Shown: positions 1 to 13,979 of the stretch, one piece after another | Layout: each line of letters begins with the position of its first letter | Numbering within the stretch: position 1 is the stretch's first letter | Source: Euglena gracilis | Lineage: Eukaryota | Assembly: GCA_039621445.1 (NCBI GenBank) | Contig: CP154954.1 | Span: forward strand, 48,277,847 to 48,341,846 | Length of the DNA: 64,000 nt | Reading direction: 5' to 3' | Position numbers and translations under genes: made by a program | Notes under the pieces: model-generated | Seen by the model: only the letters and a program-made list of their open reading frames with translations | Databases searched by the model: none | Told to the model about the DNA's origin: nothing

Positions 1-235
1 TTTAAGACCCCGGGGGGGGTCCCCCCCACCCACCCAGGGTGGCGCGGGACCCCCCGGGGGGGGGGCGCCCCCCCCCCAAATCGGGCCCGTTAAAGGCAAT
101 CTTCAAAATTTTCGGCGCGAAGGTATACCTGGCGCCTCCGACGCGGGAGCCCCCCCCGGGGGGGGGTCCGGCCCGGACCCACCCACCCACCCCCCCTCCC
201 CCCCGGGGGGGTCTTCTGACTTAAAAAGAAGCCTG
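1..235. mobile_element. MITE family A copy, truncated by the window start
   Basis: Body nearly identical to 3614-3889; ends with TIR CTTAAAAAGAAGCCTG. Confidence 0.85.
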
Positions 236-1984
236 TTTGGAAGATTTGGCCAGGCATCCCTTTAGTGTGTCCACAAGGATGCTGGTGAACACAATTTTTT
301 GGGGGGTGAACACAGGTGAACACAGAAAAAAATTGGTGAACGTATGAAAACACATAGAAAAAAAGTTTGGTGAACACAAAAAAAATTGATAAAATACGGG
401 GTCCAAATATGACGAGTGGGGGCATGAACAGTCCTACTTGTCAGAAATCAGGGTCCGGGTTTTCCACATGCGGTGTGAGGAAAAAAGGGGGGTTTTCACA
501 GGGATAGGTATAAATATATAGGGTCATAGGGTTTACATACGTATAGGGGTTTGGCGTAGACCTCTGTTTCATAAAAAAAACGCTTTTTACTTGCATGCCA
601 GTGATCAGAACCCTCGGAAAATGTGATATTTAAGCAAATTTAATATAACTCAATAAAAATACAGGAAATTGTAAGAAGATGGGGGGGAGTGGTTAAAGGT
701 TTGGAGACAAGGTTCCAAAAGAGAAAGTTTATGGGGCGACAATTTCCGGAAGGAGGGTGTAGGAAATGAGGTGAATGAATATGAAATTAAAACATGGAAA
801 ATGGGATGGATGAGTCGACCAATAGAGATGCTTTCACCCCACTGCCTTGTTGAAAGGAAAAAAAATATCCCAGAGCGTCAGAAATCTGCCTAAAGAAGTG
901 GTTTGCCGGTTGGCAGCTGGGTCTCCATCCACCCTGTATCGGGACTGCCTTCAGTCTGCGAGGGAGGAGGTTTGAGCAGCAGGTGAAGTGGAGCAGTGCG
1001 GTGGTCCACGAGGTGGTTCGACGGCGCCGACAGATCTCATTCCCAATCCGTCCCAGCTGAGTGAGAAGAGCCCAGATGGGGGGGGGCGAACCAATTCCGC
1101 ACAAAGCGGTGGTACATCAAAGTTTCGCTGTTTCGCTTTGTGGTTCAGCACAAAAAAAGTTTTGCCAAGCCCTGGATAAGCCGTTATGGTGAAAAAAAAA
1201 TCCAGCCACTTGCTTTCAAAAGCTCACACACCTGCAAATATGAATACACAATACCGTATAAGAATATATTATATACATTACAACATATTTTTTATATATA
1301 CAATATGTATACAATATAATATATTATAATATATAATATAAGAATATACACGTGAGAATCACATACACCAACACCCAAACTCTCCCAAGAAATGGCCAAA
1401 ATTTTACCTTATTTTTTCCCCCAGACACCCTGGGCATTAGCTCAACTAAACTGGACCACTTGGCACACTCTGGATGGATGTAAAGCAGACTCGCACCCAT
1501 TCAGCTGCCTCCAAAAACCCACCCACCCCCAAACCTATTGGTCAAGCAGGAAGAGACGAAGGTCTGGCCCCAATCGAATTGGGACCGGGTGACGGGTGGG
1601 GGGAGGAGGCGCAGTGGCGCGCAGGCGCCTTCGTGGCGTGCTCTTGGCCGGCGGAGCGCCGCGGCTAACCCTGCAGGGGTGGGGCAGGCTTGCGCATATG
1701 GGGGCACCCATGGAGCCCCAGCCGTTGGCCTTGAGGCTGAGGGGCCCAGCAGTGGGGCCCAAAATCTGTTTGACGAAAAAAAAAACACACCAAGCAACCC
1801 CACAACACCCCAAGCCAGGTGGGGGTGTGGGCGTGGTCCTTGACAGTTTGATCTGGGGGGGGGGTGCCCTCCCGATCAAGGACCCACTAGCCCCCCTCCC
1901 CCAATCGAAGAGGGGGCGGGGTGGGGGGCACCCCTTCCCATTTACACTCCAGACACCATCCTCATATCGAACCGTGAGGTGCCC

Positions 1985-2222
<238 letters not shown>

Positions 2223-2790
2223 CAGCATCCCTTTCAGTTTCCTGATACGTGGGATGTTGACCAGGGATCAGCAGGCATCAGCAAAGTTTGCCACCGGACC
2301 AACCAAGCTCAGGCGACAGCTTCCCAGGGAGCCCTTTTCGAATGTCATGCCCATTGGAAGCGTGACACAGCAGCTGGGAGGGGCCCCAAGGAGAGAACTC
2401 CCAGGGGGGGGGGTCGCCAACGCTTGGCAATGACCTGTCTGGTGGTCAGGGATGGCAATGAATGTATTGTGCGGCACCCTTTCCTTGTGGGTGCAAAGAA
2501 TTATTTGTAGCAGGAACACAAATTTCCCATAACAATCCTCAAAGAAGAGCTCTCTGCTCAGGGAGCATTGGTTGGGCGAATGGAAACCAGGGAGGGGCAC
2601 TCAATAGAAAATCGCGCAACCCTGGTTGATCCTTAACCCGAACACCCAAGGGGAGGGGGAATCAATTTTATGAAACACACAAAGGAAGGCGGGTTAGCAG
2701 ACCAATCGGCAGCTGTGGGGAGAGGGAATGCACATTGGGGACACATACGGTCAAAACGAAGGCCCTTCCAACCTTTCGCCTGCAACAGAC

Positions 2791-3037
2791 CAGGCTTCTG
2801 TTTGAACGACGCCGGGCGGTGTCTTGCGCTGTGGGGTGTCTGCCCATAGCAGGCCCCCTCCCCCCCATTTGGAGGCGGTTCTGGATCCCAGTGCCCATCC
2901 CTTGAACCCAATTCTCGGACGTGTGTGCTGCAAAGCACTCTCCCCCCAAAACCGACCCCTGGGTTCAAAAGTGCATACCCCCCCCCCTGCCCGTCCACAG
3001 CATCCCCAGGGGGGGGGCTTCCTTAAAAAGAAGCCTG
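2791..3037. mobile_element. Degenerate MITE with family A-like TIRs
   Basis: CAGGCTTCTGTTTGAA...TTAAAAAGAAGCCTG; flanks CAACAGAC/CAAGGGAT match at only 5 of 8. Confidence 0.55.
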
Positions 3038-3613
3038 CAAGGGATGCACAAGGTTGGAGGACTTTCGGTTTGCAATTCATGGAAGCCAGCTGGCCAAACC
3101 TGCGCTTCTTCGGGGCTCCCCCCCTGGCACAGGCCCTTCGGGTGGTAAACCACACCAAGCTTGAGGCTGTTGGTTGGGCTGTGTCCAAAGACTGAGTGAC
3201 CAGCATCCCCACGGGGGAGGGGGGCAGTTTTCCCCAAGCCCAAATCCACCCACCCAAGTTTTTTCGAAGACACACACAAACGACCCCCAACACCCACCCA
3301 CCCATCCAAAATTCACCCAAAATCGGAGGAAAAACCCTGAAAAAAATTCCCAGGCGACCAATGGCGAACCCCTCCGGGGGGGGGGAGTCCAGGACGGTCC
3401 TCAACGGAAAGGAAACTTCCCGACCCAGCACAGTCACTGAAAAATTCATAAGAAAAATGGATAAAGATGATAATATTTTGGCAAAAATTGTTCGACTTCG
3501 GGGGAAAAAGTGATTTCTGGCATCCTTGGACCACCGCTACCCAAAACGTCAAAAAATACGTTTTTCGACTTTTTGTTTTCTGCCTCCATTCATCCAGGAT
3601 TGGCCATTGGCTG

Positions 3614-3889
3614 CAGGCTTCTTTTTAAGCCCCGAAGGGGGGGGGGAGGGGGGGGCCCCCCCCCCCACCCCCCCAGGGTGGCGGGACCCCCCCCCCGGGG
3701 GGGGGGACCCCCCCAAAATCGGGCCCGTTAAAGGCAATTTTCAAAAAATTTCGGCGCTTCGCGCCGAAAAGGTATACCCAGCGCCTCCGGCGCGGGACCC
3801 CCCCCCCCCGGGGGGGGCGCGGGCCCGCACCCCCCACCCCCCCCCCCCCCCCCCCGGGGGGGGGGTCAGGTGACTTAAAAAGAAGCCTG
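3614..3889. mobile_element. MITE family A (hAT-like)
   Basis: 16-bp TIR CAGGCTTCTTTTTAAG; perfect 8-bp TSD ATTGGCTG. Confidence 0.93.
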
Positions 3890-4344
3890 ATTGGCTGTCC
3901 CTTTGGCCAAAAGGCGGTCCTTAAGGGAACCCACCCCCCACCCCGATGGTGGGCAGGCCGGGGGGGGGGGGGTTAGGCAAGTCTTTCATGAATCTATGGC
4001 TGTCTGTTTTTGCCCAACCAAAATAACGGAAAAGCTTCAGAAGTCGAAAGGATATGCGGCTTGATTGTGCTGCAGCAAAAAAAAAATGATCAGGACACCC
4101 AAGAAGAAAAGAAGCTGTGTTTGCCACGATGGGGCGGGAGCAGGTTTCGCCAGCACCGGGGACAGGGTTCAGGCAGGGCCGGACAGGGACTCGCCCGTCA
4201 CGACCCTGACACAGCGCCCTGGGTTGGCAAGAGGGCACAGGGGGAAACCCTCTCACTGTTAGCTGTGGGACGGTTCGCGGGTCAGGTCCACCGAGCTGCA
4301 GGAAGGGATGGGGGGCAGGGCGTAGGGGTGGGTGGGGGGGCGCC

Positions 4345-7300
4345 GCTCATTTAGGGGGTCATCCGCCAGGCCGAGCAGCTCGTACGCCACCATCCCCAGC
4401 GTTGCCGACAGGCCGCTGGCCCGTGAATCTGCCTGTGGTCTAGTGGAGGTGGTCCACACGTCGGCCGTGGCCCAAAATGGAAGCACATTCCCCTGGGCCA
4501 GAGAGGGGTCAGAGAGGGGGGGAGGGCTGCAATGGACTTTTCAACATCGACAAATCACCCACCGCTTTACGGGGCTCCAAGAACATCACCCTGCTGAGTA
4601 TATATATTATGTAATATTTATAAGTAAATATACATATATACACACACATAATATATATATATATATATACGTATATAACATACATATAATAAAAAATACA
4701 TATGCAGGAGGGAAAACAACAGATTGTCTCCCTGAGCACAGGACAAGGAGAAGCCCCACGGGTGCCTCAACCGTCGGCCGGGGGCCTGGCCTTGCCCTTC
4801 AGGTGCACATCCTCCAGCCGGCGGGACACCACCCGCCCCTCCACCGCGGCGTGCAGCTGCGGTCCGAGGAGGATGCGCGTGTGCCGCTCCTTGTTGAGCC
4901 CCTCGAGGCGGCTTGGGCTCAGGTCCAACCCGACAGGGCTCCGTGTGTGGGGGGGGGTCAGAGGTTGGGGACCCCCCTTGCCACACTGTACTGACCCCTC
5001 AGCCCTCCCCAGTGGGGGGGGGGGACAGCACAGCCGAGCCCCGTTGGGCCAAAGACGGTGCACGTGGCAGCCACGGATGCATGTCGTGCTGGGCAGAGCG
5101 GGGGCATCCCGGCAGACGCGGGAGCCAGCGGCGGAGGGTTCCGGGCCTGGCCGCCACGTTGACCACGTCCCCCACCACGGTGTAGTTCATGCGGTGCCGG
5201 GAGCCGAAGATGCCCGCCCGGACCTGCCCCGCCTCCAGGCCCATCCGCCCCGTGAGGCGACGGCGCGGGGCCGCCGCCGGGCGTGGCGGGGGCGATCCGG
5301 AGAGGCGCCGGGCCCGGGCACGAAAGGGGGACTCCAGCCGGGGCTGGAACCCGCCCCCCCCCCCCCCCCCCCCCCCCCCGCAGAGCTGTGACGGGCAAGG
5401 TTCGGTGCGACGAAGGGCCGGGATGGCATGGAAATGAGGCCCCCGCACCCCAGACCAAACCTTGCCCGCCGACCCCCGGGGGGGGGGGGAGATCAGCGCC
5501 GCCGCGTGGGTCTGTGTGGAACGGACGTCAGGGCAAGGGGGGTCCATTGGAGGCAGGGTCCCCCCCTTTCTGCCTGGGCTTTGGAACAGGAGCCTGCTCC
5601 CAGCCTCCCACTGCTGCGTTTCAACTGCCAACGTTCGGGAAAGGAGCCAAGGAAACAGACCGCACTCAGACACCAGTCAGAGGTGCGGACAGAAGGCCCC
5701 CCCAGGCCCGGGGGGCGTGGGAGAGCGGAGACCACCCCCAAGTCGCTCCGCTGAAGGCATTTTCCCAAAAATTTCTGGAGCTTTGCGCTGCCCTGGTGCA
5801 GGACCCGCGGGGGGGCCGGCCCCAGACCCACCCACTCACCCCCAGCGAGCCTGGCTGGGAATGGGGTTGGGTCCCCCCCCCCCTCTGCTGCGCAAAGGCT
5901 GCTGGGCAGCCCTCTGGGACGGCAGCCCCGCGGGCGCAAGCCCTGGCCGGCCTGCCCGTGCAGCATCCACTCCGCGCACGCCAGCGCGGCGCTGCACGCC
6001 CGGAACTCGTGGTCCGGCACAAGGGACGGCGTGTTCCAGAACGCCATCACACAGTCCATGGCAGGGCCGGGCCACGCAAAGCGGTCATTGTTGGGTGGGA
6101 CCCCGATGGCTGGCGGGGGGGGGGGGAGTCGTCCAACCTGGGCTCCGCCTTGGGGGCCGATGTACTTGTCGATCACGCCGCAGCGCTGCACGATGATGGT
6201 GGACAGCTCCCCGAAGAACGTGCCGATGCTCTCCACGAGCAGCGCCGCGTCGGTGGACTCCGTCAGCGCGGTGAAGTTCTCGATGTCGAGGAAGAACACC
6301 GTGGCGCGGGTGGGCACCATCGACAGCGCGGCCAGGGGTCTCATAAATTAGGAATCCCCACACCAAATTAGGCTTCCCCAAACTCAAATTTGAAAATTTT
6401 ATGCTTCAAAATTAGGAATCTACCTCCGTCTGGCGGGGATGCACCCTGTTGAGGAGACACCTGGGCGCGATGGGGGTGCCGTGCTTCAGGCACGGTTGCA
6501 GCACCTCCACAGGCAGGAATCGCGCTGGGGCCGCAGGCGGCCGCCGCGTGCACCGATGAAGGAACGCCACACCACACAACCTATTAACCCCAAGGGGAAG
6601 AGGCATTCACTTCAACACTTCCAAAAGGCAGTCAGTCACTAGCACCCTTGGTTGGCTGGTTTTTCCAGAGTGACTGTGACTGACTGGATTTTGGTTGAAA
6701 TCTCAAGGTCACGTTGAAAAACTCTCAACGTGACCTGCGCCAAAGATGCCACCTTCAAAAATTTCTGTGTGTGATTTTGTAGTCAAATTTCCCTGGATCC
6801 CTGATTGCCTACCTCTGGGGAGGTCAGCCAGCAACTAATGATTTCCCGCCCCGACCCCCCGACTGACCCCCGGCCGACCATCGGTGGTGGCCGCCTGGCC
6901 ACGGTGTCCAGCATGACGCGCATCTTGGCGAAGGAGTCCATCATGAGGCTCAGCTCCCGAACGCAGGTCCCCCGCGAGGCGGCAGTACTGGCCAGATCCA
7001 GCTCCACGCAGCGGTGCATGTCCCGCCGGAAGGGCGCGGCCACGAGGGCGACCGGTCCAGGTGTGCCACCGCCAGCTTCGCCTGGGCACCCATTTACTGA
7101 CAAGAAAATTTTGAGGGGACAAATGAGAAATGAAATAGCGGGAGGAACCCATGGGGTGAGGGAGTGGACGCCCTCCGCCTGGGCATCCATGATCCCTCCC
7201 CCTCCATTTAGGTTATGTTGGTGTTTTTGTCAGTGTTTTTTTTTTTCACTTTGGCGGGATAGGTCCAAGGTTTTCTCCTGTCATTCCGACCTCAAAAAAA

Positions 7301-10300
7301 CAGCAAAAAAAACACGCAATTCCCGTGAGAGCCGGGGTCAAACCCGAAATCGCCCGTATTTTGTCCGATCATGTGCCCTCACACTCACCCTTTGCAACGC
7401 CGGCGCTCAAAGTGGTTTTTGGTCGGTTTGCAAAAATGCGTAAATCGACCAAAAAAAGCTGAATTGCGAGACGTGCTGCCTAACTTCCAGCAGAAAACTG
7501 GCTCAGAGTTTGTTGGTTTAGTTCTGGAATATGGTGACACTCCATCCATAGAGGATCAGTGGGTACCCATTCAGAATCTTGTACCCGAACTATTTAAGGA
7601 AGGTGGGAATCCTCCAATGCTGCTCGAGTGAGAGCTAAGTGGGGGGTCCCGAGCCAGCAAGGCCCCTGGCAGGCGATTTGCCTCAGCGGGGCGGCGATGG
7701 TCCGGCTGGCGAAGAGCACCGCCGCCGCCGCCACGCCGGCCAGGCTGGAGACGCTGATGATGACCAGCAGGGAGACCGACCACCGGATGGGCCCGTCCAC
7801 GGCGGCAGGGCGGCCACCGTTCACCAGTGAGAAACGGACGACCCCACACGCCACACCACTGACCTAAGCAACTGGTTGCAAACATTGGTTTCACCACCTA
7901 CCCTCCCACCTGCACAGAAACGACACAAACACACATCCACACAGAAACACACGCAGAGATCACACTGGGCCGTCCATTTTTCTGACCAATTTCAAAATCC
8001 ATGTTTTTCAAATTTCAGCTGATTTTGTGTGGAGCACTTTGAGGGCAAATATCTCGGGAAAGAGGGGTCATTATAAAAAATGTGTGGAGACCTTTTTTGA
8101 TGGGTATTGGTATTGGCTACGACATGGGGTATGTCTGGGACCTCAACGCAGCACATAACCGCAGTTATGGCTGCCGCAAAATTACAAAAAATTGACACCA
8201 CGCAAAAACCTTGAAACGGTGCCACTCGAAAGTATGTGAAATGGAGTGATCACAGGAATCCAAACTGGAGGGATCAAGACGTTGGAAAGACTTAAACAGA
8301 GCCGTGATTTTTCCGGCTGGGATATGAAGATTTATCAGCTGAGACTTGATTGCATTTTTCTAAGCATTTTTTTGAAAAGATATCACGAAAAAAATTGGTT
8401 TTTCCAAAGGGGAGGAGACAATGACCAAGAAGAATGCTGCCAAATGCGATGCCATCCCTGAGTAGCACTGTAAGGGGTGGCCAGAACGAGGCGATAGGGA
8501 GTTGCATCCCCCCGTGACGGGTTCAGAGCCCTGAATGAGCAGAGCTGCACGAGATGCGCCGTGCATCAGGCTGAACCTTTCATCTGAACAAAAAAAAAAC
8601 GTCTGTTCAATAGATGGCCTGGCTGTTGCACCTGGCTCTGATCGCAGATCTCAACAATGCACCTCACGGCTAGCCTTGGTATTTCTGAAAAGAACAGATG
8701 CACACAGAAATTTGGGGTAAAATAGCAAATGTGGCGAGGGGGCTGAACCACTCCAGAAATAACCGGGAACTATCTTTTTGCCTCCGGGTCATTTGGCCAA
8801 TAACCTGGCGCAAACTCCCTGCCAGGTCATTTGAGACGGGACGTCCACAGAAGAACAAGGAACCTCTGGCAACCAATTCTTTGCTTGACAAGGTGCAGCC
8901 GCGTGGAAGCTCGAGGAGAAGCATCGTGGGGCATGCAGTGGGCCCCGGGCGTAACGATGTGCTGCCAGCTGACGAGGTAGCCGCCCGTCTCAACGGAGTC
9001 GACCATGGGGGCCCGGCCATCGGCCAAGGTGGAGGGGGGCAGCGCGCGGTATGTCAGCGCCACCACTGCGCAGTCGAAGCCCTCCCATTTCTGGCCAACA
9101 TACAAAGACCACTTTCCCGTTAATAAAACAGCGGATGGGGTGTGTAGGGTTGGATGGGAAGCCTTGAGGGGGGGGGGGGGGCGGACCCCCCCTCCCGACC
9201 CGGGGGGGGTGCGGGGGCCCGACCCCCTCACCTCGAAACTGGGGGGGGAGGCGAAAATCTTTCAATTTCATGGACGGGCAAAGGGCCAGAAATCGGGTCG
9301 AAAACGGTCAAAAATCCCTGATTTTTCTTTGAAATCGATCCAAAAATGCTCATTTTTTGAAATTTTTTGAACATTTTTTGGGGGGAAAACACCAACACAT
9401 CAAAAAATGGGCGATATGGCCAAAAGTCAGCAAAAGGGGTGTTTTTGCTCATTTTCCAGCACGCAGCGCCGGAAGAAAATTTTCTGCTATTTTTGGCACC
9501 TGTCAAGGAGGGGGGGGTGGGGGTCCGGACCCCCCCAACATCTAGGGGGGTGGGGGGAGGGCCGGACCCCCCCACCACCTTACCCCCCAGGGGGGGGGGT
9601 CGGGACCCCCCTCCACCCGAACCCGGTCATACGACCGGGTTCCTGCAACCTGTGACCGGGGGGGGGGGGGTGGTCATAACACCCCCATAACCTGCAACCT
9701 GTGACCGGGGGGTGGTCATAGATGAGGGGGCGGTCGTAGAAGTGTGTGAAAACTGTCCCAAAATGGCAGATTTACCCCCCCAAAATGTCTCATTTTTCAA
9801 AAATCCGGCGCTTCGCGCCGGCAGGGGAGACCTTATTTTGGGGGGGTCCATTTCATGGATTTTTGCTCGGACCGGCCGGGGGGGGGGACTTATTTTTGGG
9901 GGTTAAATTTTTCGCAACCTGCAACCTGTGACCGGGGGGGGGGTGGTCATAACACCCCCATGACCTGCAACCTGTGACCGGGGGGTGGTCATAAATGAGG
10001 GGTGGTCATACGACTAGGGGGGGGGGTACCTCAATACCGAAGGGCTTCCCATCCAACCCTGGGGGTGTGGGGAGGTGCCACCAGACAATTGCTTAAGCAC
10101 TGTCCCACCCCCCCCCCCGGGGGGGGTGGGTGACTGGTTTTTTCAGAGTGACTGACTGGTTTTGGGCCCAGACCCCCTCCCCCCCCCCGGGGGGGGGGGT
10201 CGGCCAGGAGTGGGCAAAAGTGGCTTGAGTGACCCCGGCGCCGAAGGCGCCGGAAAATTTTTTTTGGCCTAAAATGGCCTAAAGTGACTGGAAAGTGGCC

Positions 10301-13300
10301 GTTTTTCTGAGTGGCCGACCCCCCCCCCCCCGGGGGGGGTAGTGACTGACTGGCTTCCCAAAAAAAAGTGACTGACTGGTTTTTAAAAAAGTGGAGTGAC
10401 CCCCCCCTCCCCCCCCCGGGGGTCGGTAAGCAATTGTATGGGTGCCACTCTCCATCCGCCAGGGGCTCATCAATGTCGCCAGGTTTTGGATCTGCCCGCC
10501 TGGTTGTTGTGGAAAGGGTCCATCAAGATGAAACAGACTGGCCGAAGAAAAGCCTGGTAAACAGTGGAGGGGAGAGTGCTTTGCGGGCAAGAGGATGGGA
10601 GGGTTTGAGCCCTCCGCAGCCACCAACTTGCCGCCCTGGTGGACGTCGCCAGCAACCAGGCTGGACAAACCAGCGGCAATTTGTTGCGATGTTACGCAGG
10701 GCCTTTGTTTTCTTTTTCTTGCTGTTGGTGGAGGGAAAAAAAACGGTTGTGGCTTTCTGCGCCGTTGTGTGGCAAAGGGATTTTTGGGTCTTTGAAATAA
10801 TAGGGTTAAATCTAGGATTTAAGGCATAAAAAAAACACCCCAAATATGACCCCTGGATAATATTTGAATGTGATTTCAACACCTCAGGGGGGATTTATAT
10901 GTTGTGGAGGGATTTGGGTGGGAAAACCAAACTTCTGTGACCAAAAGCATGTATTATTTGAAAAACAATTTTGTTCTCATTCTGCCAAAAAAATGCAAAA
11001 ATTTAAGCAAAAAATTCCAGCTAGTGACCATATTTTTTGGATCAAAGCTGGCATAAAACTGCACGACTTGCGGCACATCCCCGGAGAGGGGGGGTTACTT
11101 TAGCTTACAAAGCCCCCAGGGGTTTTTTTTATGTGTTTGGCGGGGAGGGAGTTGTATTTGGGGGATATATATTTGGGGGGTTTAACTAACATTAGCCGTA
11201 AAGTTTGGACTAAAACTGCACCCCAACCCTGTTCCTTCAAAAAATTGCAAACTCGAGGCCCAGCCCTCCCCCCAGTCCCCCGTATTATCCCTCATCCCCA
11301 TGCCGAAAAAAATATTAACATAAAAGATTCCAAGCCACAACTCGGCTGCTGGTTGGTGCCACAGGTGGCGGCGATCAGCTTTCCCTGGCCGTCCACCAGG
11401 TAGGCGGTGGAGGCATCGGCTGCCCCGCCACTGAACTTCTGCAGCGTCAGCCGCAGCAGCGCCACCCAGTCCCCCCCAGGGCTGTCCTGTTGACGGCGCA
11501 GCTCACAGGCCAGGCTGGCGTTTTGGCCCCAAATCGGGGCCCCTGTGCAGGCTTCTTTTTAAGTCACCTGACCCCCCCCCGGGGGGAGGGGGGGCGGGTG
11601 GGTGGGTCCGGGCCGGACCCCCCCCCCGGGGGGTCCCGCGCCGGAGGCGCTGGGCATACCTTTTCGGCGCAAAGCGCCGAAAATTTTTGAAAATTGCCTT
11701 TAACAGGCCCGATTTTGGGAGGGTCCCCCCCCAGGGGGGGTCCCGCGCCACCCTGGGTGGGTGGGGGGACCCCCCCTCCCCCCCCCCCGGGGGTCTTAAA
11801 AAGAAGCCTGCCCCTGTGCGAGGGGGTGGCGTGTTGTTGGGAGACTGTGGCGATGGCTTCCACGGGCTCACACACTGCCTCCCTTGTCAATCCCGCCCCC
11901 ACTTGGGGGCCGATGAAATGGCAGCCACGTTGTCTTTGAAGGTGCACCAACTCATCACCTGTCCTCAGGGCACTGAAAGAGTGGGGGGGCCCCCGGGCAA
12001 GCACCTTCGGTCACCCACCCCTTTGGGCCCCGCATCGCCCTGCATCGCCCTAGAGCCATCCAATGGTGCCCTATAACCGAAGGCCAAAGTTCCTAGCCCG
12101 ACCTCAGACAACCCCCAGGCAACCTTACAATCAACCCCCAGGCAACCATCAGGCACATCCACACAAAATCCTCGTTGCTCACACTTTGCATCGGCCACAC
12201 TACAAAAGAGCATGCAGCACACAGGGAAGCACAGAGTCAGCCACGGTGAGGTGAAGGTTAATGTCAGGGTCAAGGTGACAGCACTGTCAATGACAGTGTC
12301 ACTGGGCCTCTGCCCTCTCGAGCTTGTCCAAACACCCCTGGCACACTGCCACGCGGGTGGGGGGCAGGGCATCCATCGGCTGCAGCACCCGCAGCTCCTC
12401 CAGCCGGTCCCACCACTACCTCTCCAGCAGCAGCAACCACTGCCGGCCGTGCTTCTCCCGACCACGCAGCTTCCTCCACTGAAGGAGAGGACGCTAGTCA
12501 GCAAAGGCCTTTGGGGGTCACACTTCCCGGGGGTCCCGCTTCTTGGCCTCCAGCCAACCTTCCTCGACATCCAACTCGCAACTTTGTGTATTAAATTTGC
12601 GGTTCGTTGGATGCCAATCCTTCCAAAGGCGCAGTATGCGCACCTTACACATGCGCATGTGCACACCCTACAAGCATCCTCGGATGCACATGCCCTACAA
12701 GCATCCACGGATGCACATGATCATGCACATGCCTACAACCGCAACTACAGTCGCCCGTTTATTTTTATCCCACAACTTAAGATTCCCCCCATAACCTCCC
12801 TCTCCCACCGGAGCATCCACTCCAGGGAGTCACTCAGGGAAGGCCAGACGAGCCAGGGAGGAACATCGTCGACTCAGGTACGAAGCAAGCACCAATGTGG
12901 AGGCTGTACGCAGGTATGCAGCAGGGGCACGTCAGCCATCCAAAATCTCCGCATCCAAAAAATCCAAAAAAATCCCCGCATCGCCCTGCATCGTCCTGCA
13001 TCGCCGTGCATCGCCCTGCATCGGAACCCCACCTTTGGCCTCCAAAATTCCCGCATCGCCCTGCAGCGTCCTGCATCGCCCTGCATCGCTGAAAGTGCTT
13101 GCCCCTGGGGGGGGGGTGCGCCATGCGTCAGGTTTTTGCCCGGCCGAAGGCCAGGCCGGAAATTTTCTCCACCGTATGATAATATCTACTGCTGTGTCAC
13201 AGTGCGATTCCCGATCTCCTCAAACACATGACCTTAACTGAATGGATATCTGTAACTCTCTTCCACATTCCACAGTGAGAGGTAGGGGGGGGCAATCCTC

Positions 13301-13921
13301 CTCCTGAACAGTGCTTTGGTCCGGTTGACTGATTTTTGGCCCAGCCCGAAGCACTGCACCACAGCACCAGGCAATTAGGTACTGGGTGTAAATATAAACA
13401 TGAACACATGCATGCATGCATGCATACATACATACATACACACACACATACATACATACATACATACATACAAACATATACATGCAACATACATACATAC
13501 ATACATACACACATACATACATACATACATACATACATGCATACATACATACATACATACATACATACATACATACATACATACATACATACATACATAC
13601 ATACATACATACATACATACATGCATACATACATACATACATACATACATACATACATACATACATACATACATAGATACATACATACATACATACATAC
13701 ATACATACATACATACATACATACATACATACATAGATACATACATACATACATACATACATACATACATACATACATACATACATACATACATACATAC
13801 ATACATACATACATACATACATACATACATACATACATACATACATACATACATACATACATACATACATACATACATACATACACAGAGAAATACACAC
13901 ACACACACACAAGACAGACAC

Positions 13922-13979
<58 letters not shown>

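Noticed and set aside
880-1670. Possible C-terminal cyclase exons (~915-1035, ~1590-1665)
   Set aside because: Low-complexity with no motif and no verifiable junctions; not called.
5493-6344. 283-aa ORF read as a single-exon cyclase
   Set aside because: Includes an in-frame 99-nt intron and runs on into intron sequence after ...EWMLH.
9137-10448. MITEs 9145-10061 and 10082-10440 as exon-splitting introns
   Set aside because: Removing both leaves a stop just upstream in the cyclase frame; they are better explained as lying inside one larger intron.
12300-12480. Protein-like segment WWDRLEELRVLQPMDALPPTRVAVCQGCLDKLE
   Set aside because: Bounded by stops and not joinable with confidence; may be a decayed repeat fragment.
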